This document shows positions 7,565-15,808 of a DNA stretch of 20,000 nt, piece by piece (positions within the stretch are counted from its first letter, which is position 1; every line of letters begins with the position of its first letter). Location: sequence record SRR20825019_488. One strand, given 5' to 3'. The notes below the pieces were generated by a model that ran no database searches, was not told the origin of the DNA, and saw only the letters and a program-made list of their open reading frames with translations. The position numbers and the translations under genes were made by a program.

Positions 7565-8059
7565 ATGAGCATACTAGCCACACATGCACAGGATTTCCTG
7601 AATGCCTACGAGATCTTAAGGGAGAGCAACGACTCGTTCGTTAAACAGAACATACCTGATGCAGATGAACGGTGTATCGGAAAAACTTTTGGTACTCGTC
7701 CTGCAATGGGTGTCGATATCGTTTGCTTGGCATTTTCGGTCGAATTGCATTTGAAGGAACTGCATCGGGTGTCTTATGGCAAGATCCCTCGAGGACACAA
7801 GATCATTGAGCTTTTCAAGGCTTTGTCGGGAGCAGAACAGGAAGGAGTCGTTTCTCACCATTCCATAGCACGATACGGTTGGGATTGCGCACAATTGAAA
7901 TGTGAGCTACTTGCCATCAGCGACAGTTTCGAAAAGTGGAGATACGCCTACGAGAGCACAGCCCTCCGGTACAACATTTATTTCGCGAAGGCTCTAATAG
8001 AGGCTCTGCAATTCGTAGCAGCAAGAAAAGGAGGCGTGCATGAGGCAAGGCGCACCTAG
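7565..8059 (+). CDS. HEPN-like domain protein (cassette 4)
   Basis: Motif pattern 'LAFSVELHLK...RGHKIIELFKAL...FEKWRYAYE' is typical of HEPN-fold proteins. The stop TAG lies in the inverse core position. Confidence 0.7.
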   Translation: MSILATHAQDFLNAYEILRESNDSFVKQNIPDADERCIGKTFGTRPAMGVDIVCLAFSVELHLKELHRVSYGKIPRGHKIIELFKALSGAEQEGVVSHHSIARYGWDCAQLKCELLAISDSFEKWRYAYESTALRYNIYFAKALIEALQFVAARKGGVHEARRT

Positions 8060-8137
8060 CAAGCGCAGACATCGCGACGGCTTTTTCATTGCGGCTTCGC
8101 CTTCATTTCAAAGCCGCGCATGCTGCGGTCGTTATAT
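8054..8137 (+). repeat. attC site 4 (84 bp, inverse core mutated)
   Basis: ACCTAGC...GTTATAT. The body is homologous to attC1 and attC3. AAC>AGC change in the inverse core. Confidence 0.85.
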
Positions 8138-8153
8138 TTTACAGGGAGGTTGA

Positions 8154-8714
8154 ATGGACACCCAGCAGTTACTTGAGGCTGCGCAGACAATCGACATTCT
8201 TCGATCAATGTTCGCCGATGATAAAAACGAATGGTTGCCGGTCATTGCAGCAATTGGGGGTGCATTCGTAGGCGGTATCTCGACCTTCGTCCCTAGCTAT
8301 CTTCTGGAAAAGAGGAAGTTAAAGCAGGAGGCGCGCTCCGTAGAAACCGCCCTTGTTTCCGAAGTATCAGCCTTGCTCGAGGTTATTGAGCATCGAAGGT
8401 ACGTCTACGGATTGGAGGAGTCGGTTCACTATCTCAAGCAGAATCCTGGTAAGAAAAAGGTTTTTGCGACAAAAATACCTGAGCACTACTCACGTATTTA
8501 TCAAGAGCACATCTCCAAGATTGGTCTGCTTCACCCCGACCTGTCTGCAAAAATCATCCGGTTTCATCAACTGATAGATTCGGGAGTCCAAGACATCTCT
8601 ACAGGAGGCTTTATCGCAGAAACTGGTGGTGGCATTGAAGCTTTCGAAGAGTTACTCGAAATATTCTATTCGGCAGTGAAGATCGGCCGAGAGATTGTCG
8701 GAACAGAAATATAA
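8154..8714 (+). CDS. Hypothetical protein with a single TM segment (cassette 5)
   Basis: GGGAGG RBS. Hydrophobic WLPVIAAIGGAFVGGISTFV segment followed by a helical domain. The stop TAA lies within ATATAAC. Confidence 0.75.
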   Translation: MDTQQLLEAAQTIDILRSMFADDKNEWLPVIAAIGGAFVGGISTFVPSYLLEKRKLKQEARSVETALVSEVSALLEVIEHRRYVYGLEESVHYLKQNPGKKKVFATKIPEHYSRIYQEHISKIGLLHPDLSAKIIRFHQLIDSGVQDISTGGFIAETGGGIEAFEELLEIFYSAVKIGREIVGTEI

Positions 8715-8769
8715 CCAGTCGCTGTAGTACGCGGTGCACTTACCCCAGTGAGAGAGGCTGCCGTTGATG
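8709..8769 (+). repeat. Truncated/degenerate attC site 5
   Basis: ATATAAC (8709-8715) is the exact complement of the preceding core GTTATAT and is followed by CAGTCGCTGTAG. The right arm is not recognisable. Possible core GTTGATG at 8763-8769. Confidence 0.5.
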
Positions 8770-9330
8770 GACGAAGAGGAATCCCTAAACAGAGCAATTC
8801 ACGAAGATGTGAAGCTCTACCAATACAACCCCAACTGGCCAGCAATGTTCCAGGATGAGCGGGACCGCCTCCTTCATTTGTTTCCGGGTGAGTTTCTGGC
8901 GATCGAACATATCGGCAGCACCGCAGTACCCGGCCTATCGGCCAAGCCGATCATCGATATCCTGGCGGGGGTAGATTCGATGTCACGGGCCGATGAGTTA
9001 ATGGAACCGTTGTGCCAGTCAAAATACGCTACCTCAATGGATTTCAATGCCTCGTTAGTGGATCGGCGTTGGCTTATGCGATGGGCCGAGGGGCGCAGGA
9101 CACATCACCTGCATCTTATGGTGTTCGGTAGTCAGGAGTGGGATCGGCGCCTGGCCTTTCGGAACATACTTCGTGCCAATACGGAACTGGCACAACGGTA
9201 TGAGCAAAATAAGCGGATGTGGGTGGCGGAATTCCGTTCGGATAGAGAGGCCTATACTGCGGCTAAAGCAGATTTTATACGGGAGGCATTGAACCACTGC
9301 AACCCAGCTTCAGGACACAAGATCAGATGA
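8767..9330 (+). CDS. GrpB family protein (UPF0157, nucleotidyltransferase-like)
   Basis: YNPNWPAMF...IEHIGSTAVPGLSAKPIIDI...HHLHL...FRNILR...YTAAKADFI signature. Confidence 0.9.
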   Translation: MDEEESLNRAIHEDVKLYQYNPNWPAMFQDERDRLLHLFPGEFLAIEHIGSTAVPGLSAKPIIDILAGVDSMSRADELMEPLCQSKYATSMDFNASLVDRRWLMRWAEGRRTHHLHLMVFGSQEWDRRLAFRNILRANTELAQRYEQNKRMWVAEFRSDREAYTAAKADFIREALNHCNPASGHKIR

Positions 9331-9680
9331 GCGAATTCGTCGATAACCTCAATGATGTATTTTGCCAGTTCGGCCCGGTTTCCGTTCGGCGTATGTTCGG
9401 TGGCTATGGTGTGTACCACGATGGCGTGATGTTTGGCCTTGTTGCGGATGATGTTCTGTATCTGAAGGTCGATGGGGAATCGATGGGGCGGTTTACAGAG
9501 CTGGATTTGGAGCCGTTCGAATACGAGAAAAATGGCGCTAAGATTAAGATGTCTTACTACATGGCACCGGAGAGCATTTTCGAGGATTCTGAAGAGGCAA
9601 AAGAATGGGCAGAGCTGGCATTCAATGCGGCGCTCCGGGCCAGGAAACCAGCAGCAAGAACCAAGGCAAACAAGAAATGA
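9327..9680 (+). CDS. TfoX/Sxy N-terminal domain protein
   Basis: RRMFGGYGVY-DGVMFGLV-DDVLYLKVD...PFEY...MSYY. ATGA overlap with grpB. Confidence 0.88.
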   Translation: MSEFVDNLNDVFCQFGPVSVRRMFGGYGVYHDGVMFGLVADDVLYLKVDGESMGRFTELDLEPFEYEKNGAKIKMSYYMAPESIFEDSEEAKEWAELAFNAALRARKPAARTKANKK

Positions 9681-9760
9681 CCGCCTACGTAATCGTCCAT
9701 GGACTTACCCCGGTACAGTAGGCGCTCCTAGCCTTTGATCGGAGCATAAGAGGAATTTTC

Positions 9761-10501
9761 ATGAGAGTAGGCTTGCTGATCATCGTCGCATTCTGGTGCC
9801 TTCCAGTTTCTTCCCAAACGCTCGAAATTATGGGGTCGGACGAGGGTTTTCTGCCGTTTTATTACGGTGACAACCTTAACAAGGGCATTCTGGTTGAGGT
9901 GATCAATGAGTTCAGCCTGGAGGCCGGTATTACAGCCGGTTTTCGCCCGATGCCGCGCAAGCGCCAGGCCTGGGCCCTGGAAAAAGGACAAGCCAACGCG
10001 GTTTTTGCCAACCCGTTGTGGATGCCGCTACCAAGCCGGATGCACGCCGTCGGACCGGTGTTAACCTGGCGAGATCGTCTGTTCGCACAACCTGGCCGAC
10101 AACCGGCCTCCTTCGATGATCTTGATGGCAGCATCTGTCTGCGAAAATGGTTTGTCTACAGTGATCAACTTGAGCGGCGGATTGGTACCAACCTGGCCCG
10201 CCATGACTCTTATAATGCCCAACAGATGCTGGGCATGTTTCTGAACAAACGCTGCGATTACGCCGTCATGAACGAAATGGAGTTCCGGTTTCTGGCAAAG
10301 TTGGTGGAAGTCGATCCGAATTTTTACAGCACGGAACTGATCGACGCCGAATGGCCGGTCTATCTTGGTATCCTCAAAACCGAGGCGGCTCTGATTGAAG
10401 CGGCGGAAGCTTTTTTCGCTACCCGCACGGTTGATGCGGAAGCCATGCTACCCAAACTGCCGCCGCCGGACCGGCACATCTCGATTCAGCCGGACAAGTA
10501 A
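9761..10501 (+). CDS. Periplasmic substrate-binding protein (family 3-like)
   Basis: Signal peptide, then 'FLPFYY...GILVEVI...MPRKR...LEKG' and 'MFLNKRCDYAV'. RBS GAGG. Confidence 0.7.
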   Translation: MRVGLLIIVAFWCLPVSSQTLEIMGSDEGFLPFYYGDNLNKGILVEVINEFSLEAGITAGFRPMPRKRQAWALEKGQANAVFANPLWMPLPSRMHAVGPVLTWRDRLFAQPGRQPASFDDLDGSICLRKWFVYSDQLERRIGTNLARHDSYNAQQMLGMFLNKRCDYAVMNEMEFRFLAKLVEVDPNFYSTELIDAEWPVYLGILKTEAALIEAAEAFFATRTVDAEAMLPKLPPPDRHISIQPDK

Positions 10502-10515
10502 GGCAACTGATTACT

Positions 10516-11619
10516 ATGACCGCTACCCTCACCATGGATCATTTGCGCCGCTACGCCATCTCGCGCAGTCTCTTCAAGCCGACCACTTTGGCACGTGCGA
10601 TCAATAAACTGGGTTTTGTCCAGCTCGACCCAATACGAGCGCCGGCACGGGCGCAGGATTTGACGCTCCGCCATCGTGTTATCGACTACCAGGCGGGTGA
10701 CCTGGAGGCTCGCTACCCGCGCCTGGCGGTCGAGGAAGATTTCTTTATCAACTACGGGGTTCTGCCCCGCACCACGCAGCGCCTTATGCACCCGCGCACG
10801 GCGCGCACCGAGTGGCCACGCTCACGCTGGGAACAGGCGCAGGCGGTGCAGGAATTTGTGCAAAGCCGTGGTGTCGTTCACCCGCGCGAGGTGGACTCAG
10901 CCTTCGAGCATGGCACCACCAAGAATTGGTTCGGCGGTAATAGCCGTGCCAGTACGCAGCTCCTGGACGGCATGCATTATCGTGGGCTGCTGCGTGTGGC
11001 GAAGCGCGAAGGCGGGGTACGCCTGTATGCGCCGCCGCTCGCTGATGAGCTCGACGCGGTGAACCCGGATACCACTCTGGACGCATTGGTCGACGTCGCA
11101 GTCGCAAAGTATGCCCCGCTGCCTGCGGCTACGCTCAGCCGCCTGGTAACGAGCGTGAGTTCTTCAGCGGTCCCGCAGTGGCGCGAGCGTCGTCGTGAAG
11201 CACTCGCGCGTGCAAAGGCTCGCCTGCCCCAGGCGACAGTTGATGGCTGTCGCTGGTTTTGGCCCATCGGCGAGAATCCTGGCAGTCGCCGCTTTGCGAG
11301 TGACAATGTGCTGGATGACCGCCTGCGCCTACTGGCGCCCTTCGATCCTTTAGTTTGGGACCGCGATCGCTTTGAGCGTTTCTGGGGCTGGGCCTACCGT
11401 TTTGAGGCCTACACTCCGGCACCAAAGCGGGTGCGTGGTTACTATGCACTACCTATGCTGTGGCGCGGTCATGTCATAGGCTGGGCTAATGCCGCCGTAC
11501 GTAATGGGCAACTGGAGCTAGAGCCAGGGTACGTGCGCGGACATGCCCCAGACGACACCGCGTTCAAGCCAGCGTTGCAGGACGAGCGGGTACGCCTCGA
11601 GCGCTTTCTTTCGCTGTGA
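10516..11619 (+). CDS. AlkZ/YcaQ-like DNA glycosylase (HTH_42, interstrand crosslink repair family)
   Basis: GFVQLDPI (QxD catalytic motif), LLAPFDPLVWDRDR, FWGWAYRFEAYTPAPKRVRGYYALPML. Confidence 0.88.
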   Translation: MTATLTMDHLRRYAISRSLFKPTTLARAINKLGFVQLDPIRAPARAQDLTLRHRVIDYQAGDLEARYPRLAVEEDFFINYGVLPRTTQRLMHPRTARTEWPRSRWEQAQAVQEFVQSRGVVHPREVDSAFEHGTTKNWFGGNSRASTQLLDGMHYRGLLRVAKREGGVRLYAPPLADELDAVNPDTTLDALVDVAVAKYAPLPAATLSRLVTSVSSSAVPQWRERRREALARAKARLPQATVDGCRWFWPIGENPGSRRFASDNVLDDRLRLLAPFDPLVWDRDRFERFWGWAYRFEAYTPAPKRVRGYYALPMLWRGHVIGWANAAVRNGQLELEPGYVRGHAPDDTAFKPALQDERVRLERFLSL

Positions 11620-11689
11620 GGCTCGGTGTGCGTGCGTAAAATGAGAGCAGTGTACTTGAAGTGACACCCTCCACCAGGGAGAAGCCCGG

Positions 11690-12232
11690 ATGGGTCTGAA
11701 AGAACATTTCCAATTATTGGCCGCTTACAATCAGTGGATGAACGCAAAGGTCTACGAAGCGGCCGGTCGCCTCTCCGCCTCGGAGTTAGCCAAGGACCGT
11801 GGGGCCTTCTTCGGCTCCATTCTGGGAACGCTCAATCACATCGTTGTGGCGGACACCGTGTGGCTCAAACGGTTTGTGACCCATCCATCCTGCGTGGACA
11901 CGTTTCAGACGGTCGCTGAGCTCGACAATCCTGCCAGCCTGGATCAGATCCTCTTTGACGATCTCGGGCGTTTAAAAGAACACCGGATCTGGCTGGATCG
12001 CCAGATTATCGACTGGATATCCCATCCCTCCGAAGGCGACCTGGATGTTGTTCTCAGTTATCACAACATGAAAGGTGTTTCCGCCAACAAGCGGTATTCG
12101 AGCCTGGTTCTCCATTTCTTTAACCATCAAACCCACCACCGCGGGCAAGTTTCAACGTTGCTGTCGCAGGCAGGCGTGGATGTTGGCGTTACCGACCTGT
12201 TGGAACGGATTCCGGATGAAACGCAGGTATAA
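11690..12232 (+). CDS. DinB/YfiT-family protein
   Basis: YNQWMN...AFFGSILGTLNHIVVADTVWL...HFFNHQTHHRGQ metal-binding His motif. Confidence 0.9.
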   Translation: MGLKEHFQLLAAYNQWMNAKVYEAAGRLSASELAKDRGAFFGSILGTLNHIVVADTVWLKRFVTHPSCVDTFQTVAELDNPASLDQILFDDLGRLKEHRIWLDRQIIDWISHPSEGDLDVVLSYHNMKGVSANKRYSSLVLHFFNHQTHHRGQVSTLLSQAGVDVGVTDLLERIPDETQV

Positions 12233-12310
12233 CACGACAAACAACCTCATCCGGTCCTTTTTACCTACGGGTTGGGAGGTAACGATGAACTCTGGTAGCA
12301 GGTCTTTTGA

Positions 12311-12763
12311 ATGAATATGGATATCTCGATCCAGCAAGGAACAGCTGAACACCTCTCGGGCATACACCACCTTGTTCTGGAATGGGGGTATTCCTCCAAC
12401 GAATCTCAGACTGGGGCATGGCTAGAGGCGTTGTTGGAATCCCCGAGCCATCAGATATGGGTGGCTATTTCAGATGCCGCAGTGGTTGGGTGGGCGGTCG
12501 CCGAGAGGCGTATTTCTATCCGTGAGCTGTTTACCTCTGAGATCACTGGGCTGGTCGTGAGCGCCAATGTTCGACGGGCGGGTGTTGGGCGCTTGCTCGT
12601 TCAGGCTGTTGAAGACTGGTCCCGCGCCAAAGGGCTCTCACGGGTTGTGGTACGATCCAATGTGAGTCGTTCGGAGTCCCATGGGTTTTACCCGTCTATC
12701 GGTTTCGAGCATGCAAAGACGACTCATGTTTATGTGAAAGATCTGGATGGGTCCACGCTATGA
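12311..12763 (+). CDS. GNAT family N-acetyltransferase
   Basis: LVVSANVRRAGVGRLLV acetyl-CoA motif A and SHGFYPSIGF motif B. Confidence 0.88.
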   Translation: MNMDISIQQGTAEHLSGIHHLVLEWGYSSNESQTGAWLEALLESPSHQIWVAISDAAVVGWAVAERRISIRELFTSEITGLVVSANVRRAGVGRLLVQAVEDWSRAKGLSRVVVRSNVSRSESHGFYPSIGFEHAKTTHVYVKDLDGSTL

Positions 12764-13056
12764 AGTGCATTTTCACCATACTTTTGGTCATAGGCCTTAT
12801 TGGTTGTGCTTCGCAGCAATCAGCCGTCGACCTGAAGAACTCGGATTCTGCCATCATTGGTGAAAAGCCTGAAGGTTATCCAAAAACCTTTATCAAGCGC
12901 CTGCCTGATTTGCCCGGCTTTTGTATTGAAGTGACAGAAGACTGGAGAAAACATCCGTATCAGGGTGAGACGATCTGGCTGAAGGAAAAGACGATAAAGA
13001 GCCTGAACTGCCCTGGGGAACCCTTGCCGGGCTCTACCAATGTATTGAAGAGATAA
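12760..13056 (+). CDS. Small hypothetical lipoprotein
   Basis: Signal peptide with lipobox LIGC. ATGA overlap with the GNAT gene. Confidence 0.65.
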   Translation: MKCIFTILLVIGLIGCASQQSAVDLKNSDSAIIGEKPEGYPKTFIKRLPDLPGFCIEVTEDWRKHPYQGETIWLKEKTIKSLNCPGEPLPGSTNVLKR

Positions 13057-13059
13057 AGA

Positions 13060-13290
13060 ATGATTGACCGCAAATATCACAGAATCGTATTTTCGTTTTT
13101 CATGTCACTGTTGATGTCCTGCATCATGTCGCTGGTGATCAGCGTTTTTAACGTGGGGTGGACCAGCAATATCGTTTCAATCTGGCTGAATGCCTGGCTT
13201 TTTGCGTTTGTCGTCGCCTTTCCCACCATCATGCTGGTGTCGCCCGTGGTTCACAAGCTGGTCAGCCTGGCGTTGAAGGACGAGGCTTGA
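13060..13290 (+). CDS. DUF2798 family small membrane protein
   Basis: 76 aa, 'FSFFMSLLMSCIMS...WLNAWLFAFVVAFPT...PVV'. Confidence 0.8.
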   Translation: MIDRKYHRIVFSFFMSLLMSCIMSLVISVFNVGWTSNIVSIWLNAWLFAFVVAFPTIMLVSPVVHKLVSLALKDEA

Positions 13291-13299
13291 TTTCTATTT

Positions 13300-14475
13300 C
13301 TATGCCTCTGCTCGGAGCAACCTCGGCCGCTTGCGCTTCATCTGCCAGCGCCAGAGCCATTCCAGGGGCCCTTGGGTGAACAGCCGCAGCCAGACGGCGC
13401 TGAAGATCATCTGGGCGATGAAAAATACCGTTGAATACAGCATCAGCGCTGCGAGCGAGAGTGAGGCGAAGCGGTCGCCCCACATGCCATAGAACACGCA
13501 GATGCAGACGGCGGACTGCAGAATGTAGTTGGTGAGCGCCATACGACCGGTTGGCGCAAGGGCTGAGCGAACCACACCGGTCAAGCGCCCCCTGCCCCGC
13601 CACCAGAGCAGCAGAACGGCACCATAGCCCATGGCAAGCAACGGTGGAGCGCCTACACCGCCCAGCAAACTTACAACCCTGTGGGCCAGGCTCTCTTCAC
13701 CCAGTTTGACCTCGGCCATGGCCAGGGCGGTGCCGACCACCAGGCCAACCAGTGCCACCACAATCAATAGCCGGACATGGCCCGAATTGCGCTCCGCCAG
13801 GTGCAGGCGGGCAGCAGCGGCGCCAAATAGAAACATCGCCATCACCCGTAGGGGGCGCAGGTGTTCAATCCGATCCAGAAACACGCTGACGCTGAGGTAG
13901 GCATTGGCTTCGACCACCTCCAGGTAACTCCCCCCACTCAGGGCTGGCACATTGTCCTGCAGCAGGCGCAGTGAAAGGCCGCTTCCGAGATCCGCCAACC
14001 CCAACTGGGGCTCGAACCAGAGTGCTACACCCGTGACTACCAGCAGGGCAACGCCGCAGGCAGCCAGCGTTGGAGCGCGAACGTTCAGGAAGGCCCCCAG
14101 GAAAAGCCCCATTACCCCGTACAGCATGAGGATGTCCCACGGGGATAGGAACAGAGAATGGGCGGTGCCAATAACCAGCAGCCCCAGCATTCGCCGCAAG
14201 TGATAGCGGACGGGGCTTTGCTGTACCCGCTGGGCCAGCATCATGAAGCTGTAACCAAACAGCAGGGAGAACAGGCTGTAGAACTTGGCCCGCACCAGGA
14301 TGTCCAGCCAGGTGGCAATGGGTTCGTCCCATTCCGACCAGGTTAACGCTTGCCTTGTGTCAGCGGAGACGAACCCCCAGCCCGAGAACACCTGAATATT
14401 AATCAGCAGGATACCGAAGATGGCAAAGCCCCGAAGGGCATCCAGACCGTCAATACGTTCGCCTTTGCTCGCCAT
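13300..14475 (-). CDS. DUF418 (YeiB-like) membrane protein
   Basis: RIDGLDALRGFAIFGILLINI, KFYSLFSLLFG, GRMALTNYILQS, QGPLEWLWR. Start reassigned to ATG 14475 (GGAG RBS). Confidence 0.88.
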   Translation of the reverse strand: MASKGERIDGLDALRGFAIFGILLINIQVFSGWGFVSADTRQALTWSEWDEPIATWLDILVRAKFYSLFSLLFGYSFMMLAQRVQQSPVRYHLRRMLGLLVIGTAHSLFLSPWDILMLYGVMGLFLGAFLNVRAPTLAACGVALLVVTGVALWFEPQLGLADLGSGLSLRLLQDNVPALSGGSYLEVVEANAYLSVSVFLDRIEHLRPLRVMAMFLFGAAAARLHLAERNSGHVRLLIVVALVGLVVGTALAMAEVKLGEESLAHRVVSLLGGVGAPPLLAMGYGAVLLLWWRGRGRLTGVVRSALAPTGRMALTNYILQSAVCICVFYGMWGDRFASLSLAALMLYSTVFFIAQMIFSAVWLRLFTQGPLEWLWRWQMKRKRPRLLRAEA

Positions 14476-14668
14476 TTCGGATACTCCCTGCGCCGCAGTT
14501 GGGTTCTTTCCGTATAAACGCAACCTTCGCATATCAGGTTTAGCGGTAATAGATGAAGATCGCTTGAAGGCTACCGGATCGTAACTGGCGGTTCGTTGAC
14601 AGCCGTCGGACTGTGCACGCAGCATTGGAACCCTTAGCATTTGTAACCCGGCGCAAACAGGGAGCTCC

Positions 14669-15730
14669 ATGAATCTGCAACCTATCTTCTCGCAGGCCGG
14701 TGCGGCACTGTTGGCCCTCTTCGTTCTCAGCCTGGGTTCTGTGGCCCAGGCCGATGACTGGTCCCCGACTCTGCAGAAAGAAATCGAACGCATTGACCGA
14801 ACCTTCTCTGGCGATCTCGGGGTCTACATCCGTCATCTGGGTACGGGCCAGAAGGTTTCTCATAACATCGACCAGGACTGGTATCTGGCCTCTACCGTCA
14901 AAATTCCGCTAGCCATCGTATTGATGCAACGTGCCGAGAACGAAGGCCTGGATCTGGAGCAGAAACTCACTCTCCGGGCTGCAGATTATGTGGATGGCAC
15001 TGGAGATCTGCTCTGGGTGGACCCCGGTGCCCGTTACAGCCTGGAAGAGCTCAACAGACGCTCTATTGTCGACAGTGACAGCACAGCAACCGACATGTTG
15101 ATACGTTTTCTTGGCGAGAAATCATTCGGAGAGGATGTGGCACGGCTGGTTCCCGAAGGGCTGGGGCCGATTACCACGATCCTCCAGGTGCGCTACGACG
15201 CATACAGGGAAGTTCACCCCAGTGTTTCGGTGCTGACCAATCGTGATTTCATCGATCTGAAAACCGCCCGCACCTACCAGGCGCGGTACGATATGTTGCT
15301 GGAAAAACTCAACATTACTGCAAGAGAGGCGGATGCCAAAGGCGTGCGTGAAGCCTTTGAGCGCTATTACCAGCGGGGAATCAACTCAGGCAGTCTCGAA
15401 GCCTTCGGGGCATTGCTGGAGCAACTGGTCAGGGGCGAACTGTTGAATGACGCCCACACGGACCAATTGCTGGGGTATCTATCCGAAATAACCACGGGTG
15501 ATCACCGGATTGCAGGGGGCTTGCCAGCGGGCACCCATTTCGCCCACAAAACCGGCACCCAGGTGGCCCGCTCCTGCGATATCGGCCTGCTCAACCCCCA
15601 GGCACCCGATGAAGCGGTTATCGTCGCGGTTTGCGCACGCGATTATGCAGCCCTGTCGGAAGCGGAAAGAGCCTATCAGGCGATTGGCAATGCGCTGCAT
15701 GAGTCGGGGCTAACGAGGACCGTAGATTAA
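14669..15730 (+). CDS. Class A beta-lactamase-like serine hydrolase (periplasmic)
   Basis: Signal peptide, SxxK (ASTVK), SDS in place of SDN, and HKTGT. Confidence 0.8.
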   Translation: MNLQPIFSQAGAALLALFVLSLGSVAQADDWSPTLQKEIERIDRTFSGDLGVYIRHLGTGQKVSHNIDQDWYLASTVKIPLAIVLMQRAENEGLDLEQKLTLRAADYVDGTGDLLWVDPGARYSLEELNRRSIVDSDSTATDMLIRFLGEKSFGEDVARLVPEGLGPITTILQVRYDAYREVHPSVSVLTNRDFIDLKTARTYQARYDMLLEKLNITAREADAKGVREAFERYYQRGINSGSLEAFGALLEQLVRGELLNDAHTDQLLGYLSEITTGDHRIAGGLPAGTHFAHKTGTQVARSCDIGLLNPQAPDEAVIVAVCARDYAALSEAERAYQAIGNALHESGLTRTVD

Positions 15731-15808
15731 GGCGCGTCACCCAATTCCAAACTCACCCAATCATGCTAGGCTGATCTCAAACAAATCGAACCAGCCAAGG
15801 CATAACCA

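Larger units (their letters stand above)
4501..8770 (+). mobile_element. Integron gene-cassette array without an integrase in the window (CALIN-like), five cassettes
   Basis: Co-oriented, lower-GC ORFs, each ending at or in an RYYYAAC-like inverse core and separated by 78-89 bp attC-type imperfect palindromes. No tyrosine recombinase ORF lies nearby. Confidence 0.88.

Noticed and set aside
5990-8137. Repeats considered as a CRISPR array or REP elements
   Set aside because: The units are 84-89 bp, separated by whole genes and bounded by RYYYAAC/GTTRRRY-type cores, which is attC architecture.
8089-8271. 60-aa ORF (also 7251..7454 minus)
   Set aside because: These overlap attC/MITE sequence and real cassette genes; spurious.
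14476-14793. N-terminal extension of the DUF418 ORF
   Set aside because: It overlaps the divergent serine hydrolase gene. Family similarity and the RBS point to ATG 14475.
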